NCBI GenBank assembly: GCA_947476405.1
Contig: CANJQG010000002.1
Span: 7,050-71,049 of the forward strand
Direction of reading: 5' to 3'
From: Thiotrichales bacterium
GTDB lineage: Bacteria; Pseudomonadota; Gammaproteobacteria; Francisellales; CACEW01
DNA length: 64,000 bases
The notes below the pieces were generated by a model. It did not search any database, was not told the origin of the DNA, and saw nothing but the letters and a program-made list of their open reading frames with translations. Each line of letters starts with the position of its first letter. Position 1 is the stretch's first letter. Made by a program: the position numbers and the translations under genes. Of this stretch, positions 21,340 through 30,674 are shown piece by piece.

Positions 21340-21766
21340 ATCCGGATACATCCTGATCCTCTGCATGATTTTTGTTATTTTGATCAGCCTCGCCTTTGCG
21401 TCTTTTATGCAAACATTGGAACACTATCAACGCTTAAATACCGAGTTTAAAATGAATGCCCAAATTCTCGCCTTAGAACCCAGCTTGATGGCTGAAGCCC
21501 TCCAAGAAACGGAAACACAAAACAACAATCTCCATGACCCCACACCGAGCCCCATCCCTTCCCCCAATATGAAAACGCAAAAAAACGAAATGCATCTTCG
21601 CGCCATTCTCACAATAGACGGAAAAAAAATAAACATCTGGCAAGCCTGGTTTTTCATCCATGACCCCAGCCTCCCCATCACGCCTTTATTTGAAGCAAAA
21701 ATCCGCTGCCCCGCTGAAACCAACGCCTGTCAAATCATCCACTGGCATCGGGCTTTGGAGGGATAA
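21302..21766 (+). CDS. Hypothetical protein with a PilX/GspK-like hydrophobic N-terminus
   Basis: SGYILILCMIFVILISLAFASFMQ follows a Pro-rich leader. Overlaps the previous ORF by 38 nt. Confidence 0.3.
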   Translation: MPPSPSPTPEPSESGYILILCMIFVILISLAFASFMQTLEHYQRLNTEFKMNAQILALEPSLMAEALQETETQNNNLHDPTPSPIPSPNMKTQKNEMHLRAILTIDGKKINIWQAWFFIHDPSLPITPLFEAKIRCPAETNACQIIHWHRALEG

Positions 21767-21840
21767 CCATGCATTTTCATCTTGTCAAGAATGCAACACT
21801 CCTGTACAATACTCTTAATAGCACGATTAAGAGTACTTTT

Positions 21841-22092
21841 ATGAATATAATTACTGCAAATGACCTTAAATTACGTGGTGTCAGCCTCCTTCAAAAAGCC
21901 TTACAGGATGAAAAAGAAATCGGAATCAGCGTACGGGGACATGCGCAATTCATCGTCATAAAAAAAGCCCATTATGATTACTTGCGTGAATGTGAAATTC
22001 TTGCTGCGCTTGCTGAAACTCAAGATGATCTCATCAATGGCCGCTTTGTCACAGAATCCGTTGAAGCGCATATTAAACGGATCAAAACATGA
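21841..22092 (+). CDS. Phd/YefM-type antitoxin
   Basis: 83 aa beginning MNIITANDLKLRGVSLLQKAL. The stop overlaps the toxin start (ATGA). Confidence 0.7.
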   Translation: MNIITANDLKLRGVSLLQKALQDEKEIGISVRGHAQFIVIKKAHYDYLRECEILAALAETQDDLINGRFVTESVEAHIKRIKT

Positions 22093-22367
22093 GTTATCAA
22101 ATTCTTTACTCTGACACCTACATCCGGCGAGTCAAAAAGTGCTTCCTCAAGCATCCCGACTTAGAAAAATCCTATCAAAAAATATTATGCCTGCTGGAAG
22201 AAAACCCAAATCACCCCTCACTCCGCCTACATGCTTTGCATGGGGGACTTCAAGGACTTTTCTCTATTTCAATTAACCTCAAATTTCGACTCACCTTACA
22301 AGTCTTAATTCAAAAAAACGCCCTGATTTTAATTGATATTGGCAGTCATGATGAAGTATATCGATGA
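22089..22367 (+). CDS. RelE/ParE-superfamily toxin
   Basis: 92 aa with LHALHGGLQGLFSISINLKFRLTL...ILIDIGSHDEVY, typical of RelE/StbE-like toxins. Confidence 0.75.
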   Translation: MSYQILYSDTYIRRVKKCFLKHPDLEKSYQKILCLLEENPNHPSLRLHALHGGLQGLFSISINLKFRLTLQVLIQKNALILIDIGSHDEVYR

Positions 22368-22422
22368 CGATTAGGTTCACTTACGATATAATGCCAGCAC
22401 TTCTTTTTTAGGACCCATCATC

Positions 22423-23802
22423 ATGACCATTCGCACTCGCTTTGCACCCAGCCCAACCGGTTATTTACATGTCGGCGGCGCACGCACTGCGCTTTGTTCT
22501 TATTTGGCCGCTCGCCAAAACCAAGGCCAATTTATTTTACGCATTGAAGATACCGACTTAGAGCGCTCTACCCCTGAGGCCATTCAAGCGATTTTGGATG
22601 GAATGAACTGGATTGGATTGGATTATGATGAAGGCCCCTTCTATCAAACCAAGCGATTCCCTGAATATCTCTCCGCAGCGCAATGCCTGATTAAAGAAGA
22701 TAAAGCCTATTACTGTGATTGCAGCAAAGCGCGTCTAGATGCGCTCCGTACTTCACAACAAGAAAAGGGCGAAAAACCACAATACGATCGCCATTGTCAA
22801 AACCGCAATGATATTGATTTATCCAAACCTCATGTGATTCGCTTCAAAAATCCGCAAGAAGGCCGCGTCAGTTGGAATGATTTGGTTAAAGGTGAAATCA
22901 GCTTTGCTAATACGGAACTAGATGACCTGATTATTGTCCGCAGCGATGGCGCGCCGACTTATAATTTCACCGTCGTCGTGGATGATTATGAAATGAAAAT
23001 CACCCATGTTATTCGCGGGGATGATCATGTCAACAACACGCCTCGGCAAATCAATATCCTGAAAGCGATGGGCGCCACATTACCACAATATGCGCACTTG
23101 CCCATGATTTTGGGTGAAGATGGCAAAAAGCTCTCCAAACGTCATGGCGCAGTCAGTGTCATGCAATATCATGAGGATGGCTACTTACCGCAAGCTCTGC
23201 TCAATTATTTGTTTAGACTTGGATTTTCGCATGGCGACCAAGAGATTTTCACCCGCCAGGAAATGATGGACACCTTTCGCCTGGAAAAAGTCAGCGCTTC
23301 CGCCGCCGCATTTAATATCAGCAAACTCAACTGGCTCAACCAATACTACCTCAAAACCCTCCCTTTTGCAGAAGTCGAACAAAGCCTGCGTCATCAATTC
23401 AAACTCGCCAATGTGAACTCAGATCAAGGTCCAGCGCTATCCGACTTGGTTACTTTAATGGCCGAACGCGTACACACTTTGAAAGAACTCGTCAGCGCCA
23501 GCCTTTATTTTTATACCGATGATTATCCACAAGACGCAGCCGCCCTTGAAAAACACCTCACCCCTGAAACCAAAGCGGCCTTGACGGCTCTCGCCACCGC
23601 CTTTGAAGCCTTGCCCGTCTTTGACAAAGAAAGCATTCACGCCGCCATGCAAGACACGGCCTCGCACCTTAATTTAGGCATGGGAAAAGTCGCCATGCCC
23701 TTACGCGTCGCCCTGACTGGCGGGACGCAGTCTCCCAGCATCGACGCCACCGCTGCTTTATTAGGCAAAGCCAAGACCTTGGCACGGTTAGCGCGAATCT
23801 AA
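22423..23802 (+). CDS. gltX: Glutamyl-tRNA synthetase, paralog 1
   Basis: RFAPSPTGYLHVGGARTAL (HIGH region) and KLSKRHG (KMSKS region). 459 aa. Confidence 0.92.
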   Translation: MTIRTRFAPSPTGYLHVGGARTALCSYLAARQNQGQFILRIEDTDLERSTPEAIQAILDGMNWIGLDYDEGPFYQTKRFPEYLSAAQCLIKEDKAYYCDCSKARLDALRTSQQEKGEKPQYDRHCQNRNDIDLSKPHVIRFKNPQEGRVSWNDLVKGEISFANTELDDLIIVRSDGAPTYNFTVVVDDYEMKITHVIRGDDHVNNTPRQINILKAMGATLPQYAHLPMILGEDGKKLSKRHGAVSVMQYHEDGYLPQALLNYLFRLGFSHGDQEIFTRQEMMDTFRLEKVSASAAAFNISKLNWLNQYYLKTLPFAEVEQSLRHQFKLANVNSDQGPALSDLVTLMAERVHTLKELVSASLYFYTDDYPQDAAALEKHLTPETKAALTALATAFEALPVFDKESIHAAMQDTASHLNLGMGKVAMPLRVALTGGTQSPSIDATAALLGKAKTLARLARI

Positions 23803-23820
23803 ATCGCGCTTCCAGCCAAA

Positions 23821-25311
23821 TTAAGGTTTCGGAACAGCTGAAGAAAACACAATGGAAAGCTTGTGCTTTATCGCACCTATCCGTACAGAAAAGCTCTGCG
23901 CATCTCTACCAACACGCGCTTCTAAGCTTGGCGTCCGAAAACCCGTTTTGGTTGCCGTGATACGAGCCAAAAGACTTCTAGGCTTATCCACCTCTGAATC
24001 TTCCCGGGGATTAAGACCCTTAACCAAGTTATTTAACGCCCCCTTCAAAGCAAGATCCTCACTATTTGCAATGCCCTCTAATCTTTGAATCAATTCTGTT
24101 TTCAAGCCTTTTAAGCATTCTTTTGGATCAGCGGCACTCAAAGGAACACCCAAAGCTCTAGCGAGAGAAGCATTATTTCGGGCAAGCCCCCCCTCTTCTT
24201 TATAGGATGGCGCCCTAACTTCCAGAGCAGTCATTAATTTTGAATTGTCAATAGTCATTTTAGAAAAAACCATAGCGGTTGAAGCTGTTGGAGCGGTGCC
24301 TGCTCCGGCTCCTCCCGCAGCAGAAAAAGAAGAAGCCTCTGGAACAGAGCGGAAAGCCTGCTGAATCTCCAAAGTATTCCTATAGTCTTCAGCGTTAAGC
24401 GTGAATCTATAATGCTCGAAAGCAATATTGGTTATGCAAAGAGGGGGGCCGCTTTTTTCCTCTTCAGTAAGAAGATTAGATCTGCATGCAAATTGCCCGT
24501 TAAAAATCTCCGTCGCGATTAATGATAATGCAGGCAATTCCGAAGAAGGAATCCATAAAGCTTTTCGTCGGGCGCGCACCTCCGATGGGTCATCGTCTAT
24601 GCGACTCGCCACCTGAGGTATGGCACCAGAAGTCAAATACTTTTCAATTTCACCAGAGTTCAATCGGATATAATTTTCGCCGCTCTGGTCAACAGATACC
24701 AGCGCAGAATCAGGCAAGCTCCCCGTGCTCAAATACGCGGCCTGCTGATCTCCTGTCATAAAAAGACGCTTTTTTGAAAAGATCATCAGAGGCTGTTTGA
24801 ATAGGTAAACAGCTGTGTCAATTTGAGGGGCCTCAGCCCATACCCCGCTTGTACGGTGATTCAATACATTCACACGGCCTACAAGCTGTGCAGCCTCACC
24901 TTCAGACTGCATACTCAATGTTGTATCGGCTATTTTGTTTCGGAAAGTATCATTGAGCAAGCCCTTTAATTTTCTCAAATCTGATGAGAGCGCCACCCCC
25001 GAAAGAAAATCGCTTTGAGCGCGTGACGGATCCCTCCGTTCGTATGAAGGTTTAGTGAGATCAAAAGGCTTATTTAGAGCATTTTTTATTAAAACTTGCC
25101 TAATCTCTTCTGAATTAAAAACGTCCTCATGCCCCTCGCGATGAAACAATGTATCGCAGGCCTTACCAAACGCTACAGGACCCCCTATTTTTGGATAAAG
25201 ATAAGCCAATCCGACCGCATAATAAAAACAATTCCCATCCGGAGGAACATCAAGCTCCTGAGCAGCATGGGGTAATTTTTGAGTATTGCGTTGTACAGTA
25301 GCGTGAGACAT
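23821..25311 (-). CDS. OTU-motif cysteine protease-like protein (candidate deubiquitinase-type effector)
   Basis: Residues 25-31 DGNCFYY match the OTU Cys-loop (D-G-N-C-[FL]-[FY]). WAEAPQIDTAVYLFKQPLMIF resembles the OTU WGG-E-L-A-L block. C-terminal half is low-complexity or unknown. Confidence 0.6.
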   Translation of the reverse strand: MSHATVQRNTQKLPHAAQELDVPPDGNCFYYAVGLAYLYPKIGGPVAFGKACDTLFHREGHEDVFNSEEIRQVLIKNALNKPFDLTKPSYERRDPSRAQSDFLSGVALSSDLRKLKGLLNDTFRNKIADTTLSMQSEGEAAQLVGRVNVLNHRTSGVWAEAPQIDTAVYLFKQPLMIFSKKRLFMTGDQQAAYLSTGSLPDSALVSVDQSGENYIRLNSGEIEKYLTSGAIPQVASRIDDDPSEVRARRKALWIPSSELPALSLIATEIFNGQFACRSNLLTEEEKSGPPLCITNIAFEHYRFTLNAEDYRNTLEIQQAFRSVPEASSFSAAGGAGAGTAPTASTAMVFSKMTIDNSKLMTALEVRAPSYKEEGGLARNNASLARALGVPLSAADPKECLKGLKTELIQRLEGIANSEDLALKGALNNLVKGLNPREDSEVDKPRSLLARITATKTGFRTPSLEARVGRDAQSFSVRIGAIKHKLSIVFSSAVPKP

Positions 25312-25460
25312 AAGCTTTTCCCTTGTTTATTTTTTATTATAATAATTTTATTTTATCATATTTTTATGTTTTTAGAAAGCTATTTTTTTATTTAAGCATC
25401 TTGCCAAAAATCACTTTATGGAATAAAATACAGCATCATCCCTTATATTTATTTTGCATT

Positions 25461-26141
25461 ATGATGACGAATATTTCAGGCTATCGCTTTGTTCACTTAA
25501 ATCACTTAACGGAGTGGCAGGCTCAGTGTCAGGAAAAATGCCTGGAACTCAGCTTAAAAGGGACCGTGGTGTGGAGCACAGAAGGCGTGAATATCATGCT
25601 GGCGGGCGCTGAAAACCAGATTGCAGAATGGATCAATTGGGTGCAGCAGTTTCCTGAATTCTCTGACATCAGCTTTAAATTTAGCCTGTCTCAGACGATT
25701 CCATTCAAAAAAATGATGAATAAAATCAAAGCGGCACTGGTCCCGGGCGACGTGGATCCATTGACACATCGCGCACCTGCTTTGGCACCATACGAACTCA
25801 AACACTGGTATGAATCCGGCAAGGACTTTATCATCATCGACACCCGCAATGAATATGAATTAGAAACGGGCCGTTTTGCAAATGCCCTCAATATCCACCT
25901 CAATGAATTCAAGGAATTTCCTGAAAAAATTGCAGCCTTGTCAGAGGAGTTGAAAGGCAAGCCTGTTGTGCTGTATTGCACAGGCGGCATTCGCTGTGAA
26001 AAAGCAGCCCCTCTGGCTGAATTGGCTGGCTTTCAAGAAGTCTATCAATTGGAAGGCGGGATTTTAAATTATTTTAAAGAATGCGGTCACGATTTTTATG
26101 AAGGGGATTGCTTTGTTTTTGACGAACGACGCAGCCTCTAA
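25461..26141 (+). CDS. trhO: Rhodanese-domain protein, YceA/TrhO family (tRNA U34 hydroxylase)
   Basis: MMTNISGYRFVHL... N-terminus and rhodanese active-site loop YCTGGIRCEKA. ATG 25461 preferred over the TTG-extended track ORF. Confidence 0.7.
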   Translation: MMTNISGYRFVHLNHLTEWQAQCQEKCLELSLKGTVVWSTEGVNIMLAGAENQIAEWINWVQQFPEFSDISFKFSLSQTIPFKKMMNKIKAALVPGDVDPLTHRAPALAPYELKHWYESGKDFIIIDTRNEYELETGRFANALNIHLNEFKEFPEKIAALSEELKGKPVVLYCTGGIRCEKAAPLAELAGFQEVYQLEGGILNYFKECGHDFYEGDCFVFDERRSL

Positions 26142-26147
26142 GCCCTA

Positions 26148-27326
26148 ATGAAAAAACCCATCTACCTCGATTATGCCGCGACCACACCGATGTGTCTGCC
26201 GGCACTGGAAGCCCTGTACCAATGCCTGGGCGCGAAAGCCGCTTTTGGAAATCCCCACTCTACGACCCATCTTTATGGCTTTGAGGCGAAACAAATCGTT
26301 GAGGAAAGCGCTGAATTACTGGCGTCACTGATTCACGCACAGCCACAGGAATTGATCTGGACCTCAGGCGCGACGGAGTCCAACAACCTTGCCATTCAAG
26401 GAGCCGCGCAATTTTATGCGCCCAAAGGGCGTCATCTCATCACCTGTGCGACAGAACATCATGCGGTTTTAGATGTATTTAGGGCCCTGGAAAAACAAGG
26501 TTTTTCAATCAGCATTCTTCCCGTTGACGCATCGGGATTGATTGACTTAAATCAGCTTCAAGCCAGCCTTACCCCCGAAACAAGCTTGGTTTCGATCATG
26601 ATGGTCAATAATGAATTAGGCACAATTCAACCGATGGACAAGATCGCGGAAATCGTCAAAGCCAATGGCAGCCTACTGCATGTAGACGCCGCACAGGCAT
26701 TGGGAAAATTACCCATTGACCTCACCCATTTAGCAGTGGACATGATGTCTTTTTCTGGGCATAAAGTATATGGCCCAAAAGGAATCGGGGCCTTGTATGT
26801 GCGCTCCAACCCCAAAGTGCATCTACAGCCTTTATGGCATGGGGGCGGTCAGCAATGGGGTCTGCGCCCGGGAACCGAAGCACCCGGTCTCATTAGTGCA
26901 TTTGCCAAAGCGGCGCAATTCTGTATTGAAAATCAGGACACGCATATCCTGCATGTTCAACAACTGCATACGCTTTTTTGTCAGCATTTACAATCGATTC
27001 CAGGCGTCCGCTTTAATACGGATATCGCTCATGCCGTGCCGCATATTGTCAATGTCTGTTTCGAAAAAATAGACAGCGAGACTTTTTTACTTGCACTACA
27101 AGATGAAATTGCGATTTCTCAAGGCTCTGCTTGCGCCTCGGGCACGACGAACGTGTCGCATGTTTTGAAAGCAATCGGCCTGAAACATTTACAAGCCGAT
27201 CGGAGTTTTCGTTTTTCTTTCAGTCACTTGACTACTTTATCAGACCTAATTCACGTAAACGCTCTTGTAAATAAGCATCTGCAATATAGCGATCCGAAAG
27301 GCGTACATCATTGCGAGGATGAATAA
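26148..27326 (+). CDS. Cysteine desulfurase (NifS/IscS-like class V aminotransferase)
   Basis: FTSGATESNNLAIQG and SFSGHKVYGPKGIGALYVR (PLP lysine). No iscR/iscU is adjacent. Confidence 0.85.
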   Translation: MKKPIYLDYAATTPMCLPALEALYQCLGAKAAFGNPHSTTHLYGFEAKQIVEESAELLASLIHAQPQELIWTSGATESNNLAIQGAAQFYAPKGRHLITCATEHHAVLDVFRALEKQGFSISILPVDASGLIDLNQLQASLTPETSLVSIMMVNNELGTIQPMDKIAEIVKANGSLLHVDAAQALGKLPIDLTHLAVDMMSFSGHKVYGPKGIGALYVRSNPKVHLQPLWHGGGQQWGLRPGTEAPGLISAFAKAAQFCIENQDTHILHVQQLHTLFCQHLQSIPGVRFNTDIAHAVPHIVNVCFEKIDSETFLLALQDEIAISQGSACASGTTNVSHVLKAIGLKHLQADRSFRFSFSHLTTLSDLIHVNALVNKHLQYSDPKGVHHCEDE

Positions 27327-28074
27327 ACATCGGCATGGATAAGCGCGACTTCGTCATATCAGCACCCTGAGGATTAATCACACGATGCGTGGTGGACTTA
27401 TAAAAATGCCCCGTTGCCTCTTGCAACATATCCCCGATATTAATAATCAGACTTTCAGGGTCTGGAATCACATCGACCCACTTTCCATCAGAACCAATCA
27501 CTTGTAAACCAGGTTCCGTTGCCGCAGGTAAAAGCGTAATTAAGTTGATATCCTCATGTGCCGCTGCACGAATCGCACCCGCCTCTTCGCCCCCTCGTAA
27601 ACCAGGATAATGAATAATACGAAACAAAGTCCGCTCCATGGATAACATCGCACTTAAAGGTTCGCTTAATTTTTGACGTGCTTCCTCAGGCATATACAAT
27701 TCTAACCAATGGGTCAGTGTTTTTCCCAAATTGAACATGTCTTCAAATAAGCTGCGCGCAAGGGGAGAGACCTCTTGTGGATAACGCCCCCAGGGAAAAT
27801 AAAGATTATAAAACTCCTTAATATCCTTGACCGCTGCACCCTTGGCTTTTTCAGCAATATCCGTAGGAACGTAGCCATCTTGGGTTTCCGTATTAATCGG
27901 ATAATTTCGCTTGGCCTCCGATTTAAAAAAAGCGTCCCATTCTGCATACACCTTTTCGATTTTAGCCCAGGAAACGGGATGGTTTTTTAAAATACCAAAC
28001 CCAGTCTCCTTTAAAGAAAGAGCAAAATCCTGCGGCGCAGTAGGAGAAGCATAATCAACCGTCAAAACATTCAT
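27232..28074 (-). CDS. 2OG-Fe(II) oxygenase (isopenicillin-N-synthase-like family)
   Basis: AAHEDINLITLLPAATEPGLQV and HRVINP, giving an H-x-D...H facial-triad context. Confidence 0.7.
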   Translation of the reverse strand: MNVLTVDYASPTAPQDFALSLKETGFGILKNHPVSWAKIEKVYAEWDAFFKSEAKRNYPINTETQDGYVPTDIAEKAKGAAVKDIKEFYNLYFPWGRYPQEVSPLARSLFEDMFNLGKTLTHWLELYMPEEARQKLSEPLSAMLSMERTLFRIIHYPGLRGGEEAGAIRAAAHEDINLITLLPAATEPGLQVIGSDGKWVDVIPDPESLIINIGDMLQEATGHFYKSTTHRVINPQGADMTKSRLSMPMFIHPRNDVRLSDRYIADAYLQERLRELGLIK

Positions 28075-28165
28075 AAAAACGCCTCATCAAAAAATAATAC
28101 ACCCAGTATACAAAATTTTGCAAATGGAAGAGAATAGGGCACAGTTCAAATAACGCAAAACAAGA

Positions 28166-28792
28166 ATGACTCTCGCCAGCTTAATCGACTTTATTTTACA
28201 TTTAAATCTCTATGTAGGACTATTGCTTGATCAATACCATCAATATGCCTATATGATTTTAATGCTTATTATTTTTTGCGAAACAGGACTGGTCGTCATG
28301 CCCTTCCTACCGGGTGATTCATTAATTTTTGCGACAGGCCTCGCCTTTGCTACCACGCACCGACCGATTTGGATTTTAATTATTCTCTTGATTGTCGCAG
28401 CTGCTTTGGGAGATAATTGCAATTATGGACTGGGACGTTGCTTTGGACGCAAATTATTTGTCAATTTCCCCCGAATATTTAAATGGGAATATTTAGAAAA
28501 AACAGAATTCTTTTATGCAAAACATGGCCCCATTGCGATTATTTTAGCACGCTTTATTCCGATGCTTCGCACTTTTATTCCGTTTTTTGCAGGTTTAAGC
28601 AAAATGCGCTATGCCTCCTATCTCTTTTTCAGCATTCTGAGCGCGAGTTTCTGGGTTTGCCTCCTTGGACTCTCCAGCTTCTATTTTGGACAAATCCCCT
28701 TTGTTCAAAACCACTTCTCTCTGGTTATTTTACTCATTATTATTGCATCACTTATCCCCACTCTTTTTGCCTTCCTCAGAAATAAATGCTAG
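28166..28792 (+). CDS. DedA-family membrane protein
   Basis: FCETGLVVMPFLPGDSLIFATG and ARFIPMLRTFIPFFAG motifs. Confidence 0.8.
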   Translation: MTLASLIDFILHLNLYVGLLLDQYHQYAYMILMLIIFCETGLVVMPFLPGDSLIFATGLAFATTHRPIWILIILLIVAAALGDNCNYGLGRCFGRKLFVNFPRIFKWEYLEKTEFFYAKHGPIAIILARFIPMLRTFIPFFAGLSKMRYASYLFFSILSASFWVCLLGLSSFYFGQIPFVQNHFSLVILLIIIASLIPTLFAFLRNKC

Positions 28793-28825
28793 AATCATGG
28801 ATACAGCAAGATTAATTTAGTAGAA

Positions 28826-30184
28826 ATGAGCACTCCAAGTGACATTGAAATATTAAAATGGGCTGATGTTGAAGCACAATTTCAAAAACTGCTTCCCCAT
28901 TTTAGCCCACTATTTGAATCCATTTTTAAAAACACTTCCGTCTCCTTTTATCGCGTACGTTATACTTTCGGCACGAAGGTGATTCTGAATGGTCATTTGT
29001 CACTTCCTGATATATTGAATTCTGAACTTGAAAATCACATTCAATTACCGCTTGCCCTTGTCACAGAAGGGATTCTTGAAGCTGACATCAATTTGCCCAG
29101 TCATTTAATCCCGCTTTCGATTTTGAAACCAGGTTCTTTTTTCAATCTGAATAGCTTGTTTCAACCCCTGATCCCTTCACACTATGTTCGAAATGCCTAT
29201 ACCTATACTGCGGGCTCACGCTCCTTATTAATTTTACCTAAAATTTCGCATGAACAATATAACGAACGCCTCATGCGCTCTTTCTCCATTAATCCCGACA
29301 TGCTGTGCCCAAAAACTTTTCTAGACCAGTGGCCGCTCTTTAAAGAACTCATCAACGCACCTGAATTCAAAAGCAACTGGCATACCGAAATTATTATTTT
29401 TTCAAAGGAGGCGCTGGCTCTTATTCAAAGCAATCCGGGGCTTCAAGTCGCGCTTTTAAAACAAGAACACCAAAAAACTGATTTTCAAAACAATCAACTC
29501 ATGTACGATTTGGTCTGGTCTATTTTTTCTGAAAACTTAAGTAATAGTATTAAAAACGGCCCCTTTATTGTTGAGACCGTTAAACATCTAATCAAATTAG
29601 CCATGGCAGAAATCCCTGGTTACATCCCCGCAACCAATAGCCTACAAGCTCCCCTTCCTGAACTCATCGATGTCTTTTTAAATGTTTATCGCATTCGATA
29701 CTATCTTCCTATTTTCATGGAGCTTGATTATTTTAACCACCAAGATCCCATTTATTATTCTTTGCAAAAACATACTTTCCTCTGTCATATTCCACAAAAA
29801 AATAATGCCAATCGCACTATTGATGAACTCACTGCCATCAAGGAATTGATCCTCTCTTTTACAGAACAGGTTCTTGAAAATAAGCTTCCTATTTCACTGG
29901 AAAATACGCTTCTACATAAAACCTTACAGGAAGTTGAGTTTGACTTTTTTCATCCCCAAGGCGGTGAGCAGCTGAATACTGACATTGAAAGTATTGCTGA
30001 AGAAGACCCTCGCTTTACTCAGCTAACCGATAAAATTAGCTCCGATAAATCGGTTGTTTTCCCAAAACATTCTTTATTTTTTAACGGCTGCATTCGCATT
30101 CGACCGATTCGTCGCGAACCCAAGGTTACCATGAAAAATTTTCTGTCCAGCGCAGGGCCATTTAGATTGGATGACGACAAGTAA
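28826..30184 (+). CDS. Hypothetical protein (452 aa), no recognised domain
   Basis: Long uninterrupted ORF with no TM segment or signal peptide seen. Confidence 0.5.
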   Translation: MSTPSDIEILKWADVEAQFQKLLPHFSPLFESIFKNTSVSFYRVRYTFGTKVILNGHLSLPDILNSELENHIQLPLALVTEGILEADINLPSHLIPLSILKPGSFFNLNSLFQPLIPSHYVRNAYTYTAGSRSLLILPKISHEQYNERLMRSFSINPDMLCPKTFLDQWPLFKELINAPEFKSNWHTEIIIFSKEALALIQSNPGLQVALLKQEHQKTDFQNNQLMYDLVWSIFSENLSNSIKNGPFIVETVKHLIKLAMAEIPGYIPATNSLQAPLPELIDVFLNVYRIRYYLPIFMELDYFNHQDPIYYSLQKHTFLCHIPQKNNANRTIDELTAIKELILSFTEQVLENKLPISLENTLLHKTLQEVEFDFFHPQGGEQLNTDIESIAEEDPRFTQLTDKISSDKSVVFPKHSLFFNGCIRIRPIRREPKVTMKNFLSSAGPFRLDDDK

Positions 30185-30192
30185 TCCGCTGT

Positions 30193-30543
30193 TTATTTTT
30201 TATTTTCTTGACTGGGCTGATCGTCATCAGAAGCGCCCAAATGACTGCCCACAGGACCCATATTCGGGCTCAGGCCCTGAGCGGCTTCAACACCCAAATT
30301 ATATTGGGCAGAAGCAGCCATTCCTGCGATTTCTTTTCCCGCACCTGCTGGAGCATATGAATTAGATAAGCCTTGCGCTTCACGCAAAGCGGCAATGCCC
30401 TTTGTCATCGATAACGCAGTCGATTGCTGCTGACTACTGCTCCCGCCCTCTTCATCTTGATTTTTATTGATAAAATCAAAAAGCTGATTGCGATCCATCT
30501 GTAAAATTTGCTTACTATCTATTTTTTCAGTCATGATTTCCAC
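30193..30543 (-). CDS. Hypothetical low-complexity protein (116 aa)
   Basis: ORF only. G/A/S/Q-rich. Converges on the previous gene. Confidence 0.35.
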   Translation of the reverse strand: MEIMTEKIDSKQILQMDRNQLFDFINKNQDEEGGSSSQQQSTALSMTKGIAALREAQGLSNSYAPAGAGKEIAGMAASAQYNLGVEAAQGLSPNMGPVGSHLGASDDDQPSQENKK

Positions 30544-30674
30544 CTTTTTCTAAAACCTATTATAATTTAATATTTTTATTATTGCAAATATTTTCTCACT
30601 CTTTTTCTAAAATTAACTTGCTTTTTAGACTTTTTTCATGCGATAATGCGCCCCTTCTGAAAAAAAAGTACATC

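Noticed and set aside
21841-22367. Phd/RelE toxin-antitoxin pair as something novel
   Set aside because: This is the canonical antitoxin-first, ATGA-coupled type II module. It is annotated as a feature and is not unusual.
27232-27326. 95-nt convergent overlap between the cysteine desulfurase and the 2OG oxygenase genes
   Set aside because: This is probably just a non-conserved C-terminal tail of the desulfurase ORF running to the first stop. I saw no evidence for a frameshift or fusion.
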